NCBI GenBank assembly: GCA_017883385.1
Contig: JADGNQ010000013.1
Location: 6,083 to 70,082, forward strand
DNA: 64,000 bases
Source of the DNA: Candidatus Sulfotelmatobacter sp.
Lineage (GTDB): Bacteria > Acidobacteriota > Terriglobia > Terriglobales > Acidobacteriaceae
Direction of reading: 5' to 3'
Shown here piece after piece: positions 25,141 through 33,741 of the stretch; the first letter of the stretch is position 1, and every line of letters starts with the position of its first letter. A model generated the notes under the pieces. That model saw only the letters and a list, made by a program, of their open reading frames with translations, had not been told where the DNA came from and made no database searches. The translations under genes and the position numbers were made by a program.

Positions 25141-27078
25141 ATGGATCTGCTCGCGAAAATCCGCACCATTCCCACCGAGCCCGGCGTGTATCTCTACAAG
25201 AACGCCCAGGGCGACGTCATTTACGTGGGCAAGGCGAAGAACCTGCGCAGCCGCGTGGCCAGCTACTTCCACGAGGGCCGGTGGGAGGACGCCAAGACCG
25301 GCACCCTCGTGCGCGAGGCGGTCGACGTCGACTACATAGTCGTCGCCAACAACAAAGAGGCACTGGCGCTCGAGAACAACCTCATCAAGCAGCGCAAGCC
25401 ACGCTTCAATATCCTGCTGCGCGACGACAAGACTTACCCTTACGTGAAACTCACGCTCGGCGAGCGCTGGCCGCGCGTTTACGTTACCCGCCGCCTGCGC
25501 AAGGATGGCAGCGCGTACTTCGGTCCCTACTTTCCTGCCAATCTTGCCTATCGCATCGTCGATCTTATCCACCGCAATTTTCTGATTCCTTCGTGCAAGG
25601 TCGACCTCACGCGTTTTCATCCGCGCCCATGCCTGCAGTACTACATCAAGCGCTGCCTGGGGCCGTGCGTAAAGGACTTGACGACCGCCGAGGTATATCA
25701 GGAAGCCGTGCGCGACGTGAAGTTATTCCTGGAAGGTCGCCCCACGGATTTGAGCCGCTCGCTGCATGGTCGTATGGAGCAGGCTGCCGCGGCGCAAGAG
25801 TACGAGCGCGCCGCCCGCTATCGCGATCTGATCTCAACCGTCGAGCAGTTGCAGGAGCGCCAGCGCATGGCCGCCGCCGAAGGCGACGATGCCGACGTGT
25901 TCGGCTATCACTACGAGAACGGCATGCTGGCTGTGAACCTCTTCCACATGCGCGGCGGCAAGATGGTCGACCGCCGGGAGTTCTTCTGGGAAGACCTGCC
26001 GGAGTTCGCCGCACCAGAACCTGCTCGTAGAGACGTTGCTTGCAACGTCTCCGCCGATGGCACTACCGAAGCCAGCGAGAACACGGGTGCCGGCAGCAGA
26101 GACGGTGCCAGCAATGTCTCTGCAGAATTCGTTCCCGGTGAATTCTTCTCTGCTCTGCTGAAGCAGCTCTACATCGGACAACCCTACGTCCCCCGCAACC
26201 TCTACGTTCCAGTCGATTTCGAAGATCGTGAAGCGCTCGAAGATCTGCTCTCCGAACAGAGCGCAGGCGAAAACTCGCGCGCCGCGCGCGCGCATATTCT
26301 CGTCCCGCAGCGTGGCGACAAGCGCTCGCTCATCGATCTCGCCGGAAATAACGCCAAGCAATCCTATGACCAGCGCTTCCGCGTGCTCAAACCCAACGCG
26401 CGGAAGATTCAGGAAGAGTTGCAGGAAGCGCTGAGCCTGCCCGAACTGCCCAAACGCATCGAGTGTTTCGACGTCTCGCACATTCAGGGCGCCGAAACCG
26501 TCGCCTCGATGGTGGTCTGGGAAGAGGGCAAGATGAAGAAGTCGGACTACCGCAAGTTCATCATCCGCACGGTCGAAGGAGTGGACGACTTCGCCTCCAT
26601 GCGCGAGGTGGTCACGCGCCGCTACAAACGTTTGCAGGACGAAAAGAAACCCTTGCCCAGTCTGGTGTTGATTGACGGCGGCCTCGGACAACTGCACGCT
26701 GCTGCCGAAGCGCTGGATTCACTCGAGATCATCAACCAGCCGCTGGCCGCCATCGCCAAGCGCGAGGAAATCCTGTATGTCTTCGGGCAAGAGAAAGACC
26801 CCATTGCGCTCGATCATCATTCGCCGGTGCTGCATCTGATTCAGCTGATTCGCGACGAGGCCCACCGCTTCGCCGTGACCTTCCACCGCAAGCGCCGGCA
26901 AATACGCGACCGCTCGACGGAATTGCTCGAGATCCCCGGCGTCGGATCGAGTACAACGCGGCGTTTACTGGAACATTTCGGCAGCGTGCAGGCAGTAAAG
27001 CAGGCTGATACTGCAGCGTTGTCGGCCGTTGTGACGAGGGCGCAGGCAGCAGCCATCCGCAATCACTTTCAACAATAG
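25141..27078 (+). CDS. uvrC: Excinuclease ABC subunit C (UvrC) carrying an in-frame repeat-derived insert
   Basis: GIY-YIG motif GVYLYKNAQGDVIYVGKAKNLRSRV, UVR motif EYERAARYRDLISTVEQL, a C-terminal endonuclease half and (HhH)2. The ORF is uninterrupted at 645 aa. Confidence 0.93.
   Translation: MDLLAKIRTIPTEPGVYLYKNAQGDVIYVGKAKNLRSRVASYFHEGRWEDAKTGTLVREAVDVDYIVVANNKEALALENNLIKQRKPRFNILLRDDKTYPYVKLTLGERWPRVYVTRRLRKDGSAYFGPYFPANLAYRIVDLIHRNFLIPSCKVDLTRFHPRPCLQYYIKRCLGPCVKDLTTAEVYQEAVRDVKLFLEGRPTDLSRSLHGRMEQAAAAQEYERAARYRDLISTVEQLQERQRMAAAEGDDADVFGYHYENGMLAVNLFHMRGGKMVDRREFFWEDLPEFAAPEPARRDVACNVSADGTTEASENTGAGSRDGASNVSAEFVPGEFFSALLKQLYIGQPYVPRNLYVPVDFEDREALEDLLSEQSAGENSRAARAHILVPQRGDKRSLIDLAGNNAKQSYDQRFRVLKPNARKIQEELQEALSLPELPKRIECFDVSHIQGAETVASMVVWEEGKMKKSDYRKFIIRTVEGVDDFASMREVVTRRYKRLQDEKKPLPSLVLIDGGLGQLHAAAEALDSLEIINQPLAAIAKREEILYVFGQEKDPIALDHHSPVLHLIQLIRDEAHRFAVTFHRKRRQIRDRSTELLEIPGVGSSTTRRLLEHFGSVQAVKQADTAALSAVVTRAQAAAIRNHFQQ
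26026..26125. repeat. R1 composite palindromic element inside the uvrC coding sequence
   Basis: Left arm CGTAGAGACGTTGCTTGCAACGTCTCCGCC (26026-55). Right arm GGCAGCAGAGACGGTGCCAGCAATGTCTCTGCAG (26092-26125). It has the same architecture as the copies at 3451 and 4258. Confidence 0.8.
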
Positions 27079-27144
27079 CGGCTCGTCAAGACAGAAACCG
27101 AGCTTCCGGCAATCTAGACTCGGCGATTACGCGCCCTCTGCGTT

Positions 27145-27630
27145 TTAGGGTTTTGGGTTGGGCGAGGCGTTCCCCATGTCGAGAACGACTTTCCAGCTTC
27201 CGTCCTTCTGTTGCTTCCAGATGCTGGTGTACTTGCCGTATTCGACCGTGGGCTTACCCTCTTTATCTTTCGAATGAAACTCGTAATTCCCGTAGGTGTA
27301 GCCGAGATCGCCTGATGCCGAGATGTCCGCGCCAATCGGCGTCCAGAGCAGTTGATTGCTCTTGTCGTCAAGAAAGCCCATGCCTTTGGCGATGTTCGAC
27401 TTTCCCGGAATGATGGCCCCGCCGTTTGGCACTTCAACGGCGTCATCTGCGTAGTACGACATGTACCCCTGAGAGCCCTTCTCGGCCGCCGTCTTCATGA
27501 ATTCGCCTTCGAGTTGCTTCAGCGTTTCGGCGGTGGCTTTCGGAGACGCCGAAACTGTAGGGCGGGCAATCGGAAGAACGATCATGGCGACGAGAAAGGC
27601 GACAACCAGAACCGGCAGAGACGATTTCAT
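27145..27630 (-). CDS. Secreted NTF2-like (SnoaL/DUF4440-type) protein
   Basis: A signal peptide is followed by the pattern LEGEFMKTAAEKG...YADDAV...SGDLGYTYGNYEF...KYTSIWKQQKDGSWKVVLDM, typical of DUF4440/NTF2-fold proteins. Confidence 0.65.
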   Translation of the reverse strand: MKSSLPVLVVAFLVAMIVLPIARPTVSASPKATAETLKQLEGEFMKTAAEKGSQGYMSYYADDAVEVPNGGAIIPGKSNIAKGMGFLDDKSNQLLWTPIGADISASGDLGYTYGNYEFHSKDKEGKPTVEYGKYTSIWKQQKDGSWKVVLDMGNASPNPKP

Positions 27631-27685
27631 GCAGCCTCCGTAAAATGCGGACCTATTCTACTCCGCCATGCGCAGACGAGAAGGA

Positions 27686-27729
27686 TTCCCTTCGTGAAAC
27701 TTCGTGGCCTTCGTGGTTCAAGCTCTTGC
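27686..27729. repeat. R3-type repeat, variant (CTTCGTG cores)
   Basis: TTCCCTTCGTGAAACTTCGTGGCCTTCGTGGTTCAAGCTC has the same reiterated-core architecture as R3. It ends 27 nt before the TolB-like start. Confidence 0.55.
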
Positions 27730-27756
27730 TACTTTGCTACACTAGCGCCCATCGCT

Positions 27757-28848
27757 ATGAAACGTAACCCCCTGTCTCTTCTCATTGTCTGTTTTCTTGA
27801 GGTCTGTCTTCTTGAGATCGCCGCAGTGCACCCGCTTTCAGCACAGACCGTGCCCGTGCCTGATTCTGCCACCGCGCAGGAAAAGCATCTCCGCAACGTC
27901 CATCAGTTGACCTTTGGCGGACAAAACGCCGAGGCATACTTTTCTGCCGATGGCAAGAAACTGATCTTCCAGTCATCCCATGGTGACGTAAAGTGCGACC
28001 AGATCTTCGAGATGAACATTGACGGCAGCGACCAGCACATGGTCTCGACCGGCAAGGGACGCACAACCTGCAGCTTCTTCTATCCCGATGGCAAGAAGAT
28101 TCTCTACGCGTCGACCCACCTGGCAAGCCCGGAATGCCCGCCGCGGCCTGATTTCTCCAAGGGCTATGTCTGGGCGGTGTATTCCGGGTATGACATTTTC
28201 ACCGCCAATCCCGACGGCTCGAACCTGAAGCAACTCACCAACTCGCCGGGATATGACGCCGAGGCCACAATCTCTCTCGATGGCAAGAAGATCGTATTCA
28301 CGTCCGTGCGCAATGGTGACCTCGACATTTATTCGATGGATGCCGACGGCAAGAACGTCAAGCAACTCACCCATGAACTGGGCTATGACGGCGGCCCGAC
28401 GTTCTCTCCCGACCGCAAGTGGATCGTCTACCGGGCTTATCATCCCCAGACGGAAAAAGAGATTTCCGACTACAAAGAGTTGCTGGGTCAGAATCTGATC
28501 CGACCCACGTCGCTCGAAATCTGGATCATGAAGCCTGATGGCAGCGGCAAACGGCAGATCACGAATCTGGGCGCGGCGAGCTTTGGGCCGGCGTTCACTG
28601 CAGACGGAAAGAGAATTGTTTTCTCCTCGAACTACGATCCCGAGACGCACGCCACCGGCGGCATGGGCAACTTCGAACTGTGGCTCATCAATCCCGACGG
28701 GAGCGGCCTCGAGCGCGTCACCTACAGCGACGGCTTCGACGGCTTCCCCATGTTCTCGCCGGACGGCAAGAAACTGGTGTGGGCCTCAAACCGCAACGCC
28801 AAGGCCCCGCACGAGACGAATATCTTTATTGGGGATTGGGTACCGTAA
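27757..28848 (+). CDS. TolB-like beta-propeller (PD40/WD40-like repeat) periplasmic protein
   Basis: Start at ATG 27757, with a signal peptide. It has repeated ...SxDGKKIxF.S.R.G..DIY... PD40 units. The upstream part of track ORF 27352.. is antisense to the NTF2-like gene. Confidence 0.8.
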   Translation: MKRNPLSLLIVCFLEVCLLEIAAVHPLSAQTVPVPDSATAQEKHLRNVHQLTFGGQNAEAYFSADGKKLIFQSSHGDVKCDQIFEMNIDGSDQHMVSTGKGRTTCSFFYPDGKKILYASTHLASPECPPRPDFSKGYVWAVYSGYDIFTANPDGSNLKQLTNSPGYDAEATISLDGKKIVFTSVRNGDLDIYSMDADGKNVKQLTHELGYDGGPTFSPDRKWIVYRAYHPQTEKEISDYKELLGQNLIRPTSLEIWIMKPDGSGKRQITNLGAASFGPAFTADGKRIVFSSNYDPETHATGGMGNFELWLINPDGSGLERVTYSDGFDGFPMFSPDGKKLVWASNRNAKAPHETNIFIGDWVP

Positions 28849-28866
28849 CACTGACATCCAACACGA

Positions 28867-28929
28867 GTGTCATCCTGAGCGAAGAGGCAAGGGCGCAAGG
28901 CGCTTGCTGCGCAGTCGAAGGATCCCTCT
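28867..28929. repeat. R2 element, variant copy
   Basis: GTGTCATCCTGAGCGAAGAGGCAAGGGCGCAAGGCGCTTGCTGCGCAGTCGAAGGATCCCTC, starting 19 nt after the TolB-like stop. Confidence 0.7.
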
Positions 28930-28962
28930 AGCCATCCCAACCAAGGACTCCGAGAGGAATTT

Positions 28963-29217
28963 CTATTTCGCGACGCTGTCGCGTTCCGCCGTTGCCTTCT
29001 TCACGGCCAGAGTCTTATCCACCCACTCATCGGCGGTTTTCAAATCTTCCTTGCGCGCGGCGGCATCGCCGCATTCCAGGTCGGCCTTCTCGCGATACAT
29101 CAAATTCAGGTACGCCATCGCGTCGTCGTAGTCAGGACGCAGTTCGATGGCCTTCTTTAGCGAGTCGATCCCATGTTCGACGACGGACAGGATCCGAGCC
29201 CGAAGGGCGACACTCAT
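28963..29217 (-). CDS. Short TPR-like protein, possibly a 5'-truncated gene remnant
   Basis: 84 aa. The segment AIELRPDYDDAMAYLNLMYREKADL looks like the last TPR of a longer protein. There is no signal or N-terminal domain. The ATG and first 8 codons lie inside repeat R4. Confidence 0.4.
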   Translation of the reverse strand: MSVALRARILSVVEHGIDSLKKAIELRPDYDDAMAYLNLMYREKADLECGDAAARKEDLKTADEWVDKTLAVKKATAERDSVAK

Positions 29218-29286
29218 TAGCCCCGGACGTAAGTCCGGGGTTAAGCTAGGACGTAGAATCGAGTCCCGTAAGGGACGACACTAAAT
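29196..29286. repeat. R4 repeat cluster: three short hairpins, two with a CGACACT tail
   Basis: GAGCCCGAAGGGCGACACTCATT (29196-218). CCCCGGACGTAAGTCCGGGG (29221-40). GAGTCCCGTAAGGGACGACACTAAAT (29261-86). On the plus strand two of the loops are GTAA (GNRA-type). Confidence 0.7.
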
Positions 29287-29317
29287 CTCTCGCGCGCTCT
29301 GCGGCCCATCTAAACGT

Positions 29318-29908
29318 TCAACTGCCCCGGCTTGCCGGCGTGCCCGCCCGGCTTCTGGCCGCCAACCACGCGACACAACCTAGCATTCCGCACCAGCCTA
29401 ACAAGCGCACCACGGCAGCAATCTGCGTGTCGTGCTCAAGCACGCCTAGACTCGAAAAGATCGCGTAAAAATCGTGTTCGACAAAGTCGGAATCCCCGGT
29501 GGTGAACAGCGGAAGCACCTGGACTCGGGCATCGGCCATGTAGGTCGCGGTGTAGAGCCAGTTCTCAAAAAAGAAAAACAGACTGAAAACGAAGCCGGTG
29601 GTCTGTCGTTGACTGAAGAAGTACACGGCCAGCAAGAATGGGACGAGCCATTGCAGCAGCGTGCCTCCCCAAAGTCCGAGCGTAGGACCGAACCAGCCGA
29701 ACAGGTTGTGTCCGCCTTCGTGAACGACCAAGTTCGCATTGTCGATGAACAGAAACCCGCCATGGGCGGAGAAAGCGTAGACGAGGAATCCTGCATAGAA
29801 CAGCAGCCATGCCCCCAGTGCAGGGCGGGAAGCAGGCTTCCAGGGCTCGTCGAGAATCGCTTGGAGCGGTTCGAACATTTGTATTGAGACGATTCTATTG
29901 CCACCCAT
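29318..29908 (-). CDS. Polytopic membrane protein with an HExxH motif (putative membrane metalloprotease-like)
   Basis: Four to five hydrophobic segments. VVHEGGHNLFGW sits at a membrane boundary. The start may be ATG 29878 (MFEPLQ...). Confidence 0.6.
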   Translation of the reverse strand: MGGNRIVSIQMFEPLQAILDEPWKPASRPALGAWLLFYAGFLVYAFSAHGGFLFIDNANLVVHEGGHNLFGWFGPTLGLWGGTLLQWLVPFLLAVYFFSQRQTTGFVFSLFFFFENWLYTATYMADARVQVLPLFTTGDSDFVEHDFYAIFSSLGVLEHDTQIAAVVRLLGWCGMLGCVAWLAARSRAGTPASRGS

Positions 29909-30068
29909 TTGTGCGGTGCAGATTACGAACGTGCGCGGAATCTTTCGGCTGAGACCGGCGCCGTCTCAGGGCAGGAATGACTAGGACCTGTAACCATCGC
30001 CTGAGCGAGACGTTTCTTGTTACATTGGTTTAGCGAGCGCGCCGCTCAAAGCACGCTATTGAATGGGT

Positions 30069-30100
30069 GGCAAAGAGACGCCGCAAGCTGCGTCTCTACG
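30069..30100. repeat. R1 element, solo right-arm copy
   Basis: GGCAAAGAGACGCCGCAAGCTGCGTCTCTACGAA matches the 4324-4353 arm. It lies 19 nt upstream of the MscS-like start. Confidence 0.7.
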
Positions 30101-30119
30101 AATCGATTTCGGAATCTTT

Positions 30120-31973
30120 ATGAAAGTTCGGCAGTGGATTACCGCGATTGTGCTGGTTGTGCTGGTGGCCGCGGCCATCGCGGGAATCGTCTGGACGCGG
30201 GCGCTCCCGTCCTCGGACGAGGATACAACTGCAACGCCGGCCAGGAAGATCCTGGGACGGAAATCGCCTGCGGCTCAGCGTTCTCTGGTGGACCAGCGTC
30301 CCCTTCAGACCGCTAGGCGGATGGCGGCGCTTGCTGGCACCCAGGAAGAACAAACGTTGGCGCATCAGGCAGAAAAGGTCGGAGACCACGAGGTCGATCT
30401 CGCGTTTTTCGACGCGTTGCGCACGGCAGAGGAAAATCCTCCCCCGCTCTCAGCGGAAGCCAAACAGATTTCCGGCCGCAAAGACAAAGCGGAGCAGGCC
30501 CTCAAGGAAGATCAGGATGGCATTGCGCTGCTGACGAGGAAACTGGCGGAGGCTCCCGAAGCCCAGAAGGACAACCTGCAGGACCAGATCGATGTCGCCA
30601 AGGCGCAGATGGATCTCGATCAGGACGAGGTGGACGACGCTGCCGAGGACCTTGAGCAGGCTGGCGGCGATCCGCAGTCCAAGATCAAGCGGCTGAAAGC
30701 GGAGCATGATGCCAGCGACCAGGCCCCGGGTGCGGCCGCGGGCTCGGCCATCGACCCCTACGAGCGCGACTACCAGACACACACTCTGCTGAGCGTGTTC
30801 CGGGCATGGCGGGCCCTGCGTGAGAAAACAGCTCAGTTGCAGACAGCTCGGGACGAAACCGTTACTAAACAACAGCGCCTTGCCCAGCGGCACGCGACCT
30901 TGCGCACACAAGTTGAAAAGGAGAAAGAGAACCGCGAGGGGGCCAAGCAGCAGGCGAAGGGATTCTCTAAACAAAGTAAGGCGGCGACCCGCGAAGAGTC
31001 GAAAGCAGCGGCGAAAACCGCCCTCGATTCGCTGAAGCAATACACGCGCGACCAGAAGAACCTTGCCGACCTCGGACGGCGCCTCCTGGACGAGCAGGAA
31101 CTGAGCGAAATCTACGCGAGTTGGATCACGCTGGTCGAGGATCGCGAGCGAGCGGCCTTGCACCGCTTGATCGAGTCAGGCCTCTGGATCTTGCTGGTTC
31201 TTGTTGTGGTGTACGTGGCACACCTGCTGATTGAACGCCTGTTCACCGGCATGACCGCAGAGAATAAGCGGATCGACACGCTTCGGGCCGTGGTCAAATT
31301 TGGGGCACAAGCGGTGGGCGCCATCGTGATTGCGTTTTTGATCTTTGGTATGCCCAGCCAGACGACCACCGTCCTGGGATTGGCCGGCGCGGGACTGACG
31401 GTGGCCATGAAAGATTTCATCGTCGCATTCTTCGGCTGGTTCGTATTGATGGGCCGCAACGGCATACGGGTTGGTGACTGGGTCGAGATCAATGGCGTAG
31501 CTGGCGAAGTGATTGAAGTGGGGCTGCTGAAGACGATCCTTCTGGAGACTGGGAACTGGACGGACGCAGGACATCCCACGGGCCGAAGAGTTTCTTTCGT
31601 CAACAGCTTCGCGATTGAGGGACATTTTTTCAACTTCACGACTTCTGGGCAGTGGATGTGGGATGAACTGGATCTCACGATTCCGAGTGACCAGGATCCG
31701 TATGCGCTCATCGACGGGCTGCAGCAGATGGTGGCGAAGGAAACCGAGGAGAGCGCGCACAAGGCGGAAGAGGAGTGGTCGCACACAACCACGCGCTACC
31801 GGGTGCAGTCTATCTCGGCGGCGCCCGCCATCAACGTGCGTCCGAGCGGATCAGGCGTAGAGCTCAGCATACGTTACATCACGCGCGCCTACGAACGGCA
31901 CGAAACGCGCAAGCGGGTGTATGCAGCTGTGCTGGAGTTGATGCATGGCAAGCGGGAAGCGGTGAAGCAATAG
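30120..31973 (+). CDS. Mechanosensitive ion channel family protein (MscS-like) with a long N-terminal coiled-coil domain
   Basis: Start at ATG 30120 (MKVRQWITAIVLVVLVAAAI). About 330 aa are charged, coiled-coil-like sequence, followed by TM helices. The MscS core reads GLAGAGLTVAMKDFIVAFFGWFVLM...IRVGDWVEINGVAGEVIEVGLLKT. Confidence 0.85.
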   Translation: MKVRQWITAIVLVVLVAAAIAGIVWTRALPSSDEDTTATPARKILGRKSPAAQRSLVDQRPLQTARRMAALAGTQEEQTLAHQAEKVGDHEVDLAFFDALRTAEENPPPLSAEAKQISGRKDKAEQALKEDQDGIALLTRKLAEAPEAQKDNLQDQIDVAKAQMDLDQDEVDDAAEDLEQAGGDPQSKIKRLKAEHDASDQAPGAAAGSAIDPYERDYQTHTLLSVFRAWRALREKTAQLQTARDETVTKQQRLAQRHATLRTQVEKEKENREGAKQQAKGFSKQSKAATREESKAAAKTALDSLKQYTRDQKNLADLGRRLLDEQELSEIYASWITLVEDRERAALHRLIESGLWILLVLVVVYVAHLLIERLFTGMTAENKRIDTLRAVVKFGAQAVGAIVIAFLIFGMPSQTTTVLGLAGAGLTVAMKDFIVAFFGWFVLMGRNGIRVGDWVEINGVAGEVIEVGLLKTILLETGNWTDAGHPTGRRVSFVNSFAIEGHFFNFTTSGQWMWDELDLTIPSDQDPYALIDGLQQMVAKETEESAHKAEEEWSHTTTRYRVQSISAAPAINVRPSGSGVELSIRYITRAYERHETRKRVYAAVLELMHGKREAVKQ

Positions 31974-32124
31974 AAACTTCTAGCGTCTAGCTTTTGGCTT
32001 CTAGCTTTTAGCTAGTATCAGGCACCCGAAATCTTCCAGATGTATGCGCCACGTGGAAGAGCGGCCCTTCCAGGGCCGCGAAAGAACCCAGAATCAGTCA
32101 GGGCTTCAGCCCCCTGTGGTATCT

Positions 32125-32886
32125 ATGACCAACAAAGAAGACTTGGGCACACTCATCGTGACCGGCGCCAGTCGCGGCATTGGCGCGGCCATAGCTCTGC
32201 TTGCCGCGAAGCGGGAATACGCGGTTGCCGTTAGCTTCTCGACGGGCGCAGCCGAAGCAAACAGCGTGGTCGGCGAGATTGCCTCCGGCGGCGGGCGCGC
32301 CATCGCGATTCACGCCGACGTCTCACACGAAGATCAGATCATGCGCATGTTCGAGACCGCAGAGCAACAGTTAGGCCCGATCAAAGGATTGGTGAACAAC
32401 GCAGGCATCACCGGCGGGTTCGCCCGAGTCGAAGACGTGTCAGCGGACGCCATCGCCAAGGTCTTGGCGGTCAATGTCGCTGGCACAATTTTGTGCTCGC
32501 GCGAGGCGGTCCGCCGCATGTCGACGCGGCGGGGCGGAACCGGCGGCGCAATCGTCACCATCTCCTCGCGTGCCGCACACACAGGTGCCCCGGGCGAGTG
32601 GGTGCACTACGCGGCATCAAAAGGCGCGATTGACAGCTTCACCATCGGATTGGCGCGTGAGGTCGCGACGGAAGGAATTCGGGTAAACGCGGTCGCTCCT
32701 GGATTGGTGGACACGGGTCTCCACGCCGCGAACGGCGAACCGGGCCGCCTGCGGCGACTGATGGGCACCATCCCGATGGGAAGGCCGGGAACCCCGCACG
32801 AGGTTGCCGAGGGAGTGCTTTGGCTGCTGTCTTCGTCAGCGTCCTACACAACGGGTGCAATCCTGGAAATCGGCGGCGGCCGCTGA
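32125..32886 (+). CDS. Short-chain dehydrogenase/reductase (SDR)
   Basis: Start at ATG 32125. Motifs TGASRGIG, NNAG and YAASK are present. Confidence 0.85.
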   Translation: MTNKEDLGTLIVTGASRGIGAAIALLAAKREYAVAVSFSTGAAEANSVVGEIASGGGRAIAIHADVSHEDQIMRMFETAEQQLGPIKGLVNNAGITGGFARVEDVSADAIAKVLAVNVAGTILCSREAVRRMSTRRGGTGGAIVTISSRAAHTGAPGEWVHYAASKGAIDSFTIGLAREVATEGIRVNAVAPGLVDTGLHAANGEPGRLRRLMGTIPMGRPGTPHEVAEGVLWLLSSSASYTTGAILEIGGGR

Positions 32887-32912
32887 AATACCGAGATCCT
32901 CAGTGCCAAGTG

Positions 32913-33737
32913 CTAACGGCTCGCCTTTCCACCCTGCCCCCTAATCTCCAATTCTTTCCGTAAGTATGCTTTCGTCCTTTCCGGCAGCCTCGACGCATGC
33001 AAAATGTCGCGCAGCAAAGGCGGCGGCAGGCGCCGCGCGAACTCGAGCGCACACGCCAGCGGCGTTTTCTCGTTGCGCAGCAGAGCCATGCGAATCTCAC
33101 GCCGCACGGACCATTTGGCATGATGGCACATCGCCTCTACAAAAACCGGAGAGACATTCGGGCGCAGCAATGCCTTGACGATGGCAACCTCGGTCAAGCG
33201 TGGATTCTCCAGGGCCGTTTGCCACACGCGCGTTTCCTTATCGAGTAGCAAGGCGGTGCTAACGATTGCTGAGCACCGGCGGGCCAATGAAATACGCTCA
33301 CCAAGGCTGATGGAGGCGAGGCGCGCGATGAGCATTTCGTCGGCGGCACGCTTCAGGTCGGCGGCAGCAGCAGGCATCAACGCAAACCGCACAAGGTCGA
33401 AGGTGTAGAGCTCGCGGATCATCCGTAGCGCGATACGGCGCGGGGCGCGGGGATGAGCGGCCAGCGCGAGGCGCACCTTACGCGACTTCAACACCGCTGC
33501 GTTCTTGATGAGTTGTTCAACCTCTTCCGCGGAAAGATCCCCGCGCTTCAGGAGGGCCAGGGCCAGATCTTCAGTGAGGGCAGGGTCGGAAGCGTGATCG
33601 TCGTGAATCCCAGTCGTTCGCGAGTCGGACGCGGCCATTAACGTGAGCGCGTCATCGGTTTGGGATTCTTCCGGAATCATCAAGGCTCTCGTCAACACCA
33701 CCTGCACCCCGTGGACAGCCGAGTGAGCTGTCCCCAT
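32913..33737 (-). CDS. Hypothetical alpha-helical repeat protein
   Basis: 274 aa with reiterated Leu/Ala/Arg-rich helices (HEAT or leucine-rich-variant-like). It starts 4 nt downstream of the BadF-type kinase gene on the same strand. I cannot name a family. Confidence 0.6.
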   Translation of the reverse strand: MGTAHSAVHGVQVVLTRALMIPEESQTDDALTLMAASDSRTTGIHDDHASDPALTEDLALALLKRGDLSAEEVEQLIKNAAVLKSRKVRLALAAHPRAPRRIALRMIRELYTFDLVRFALMPAAAADLKRAADEMLIARLASISLGERISLARRCSAIVSTALLLDKETRVWQTALENPRLTEVAIVKALLRPNVSPVFVEAMCHHAKWSVRREIRMALLRNEKTPLACALEFARRLPPPLLRDILHASRLPERTKAYLRKELEIRGQGGKASR

Positions 33738-33741
33738 ATTC

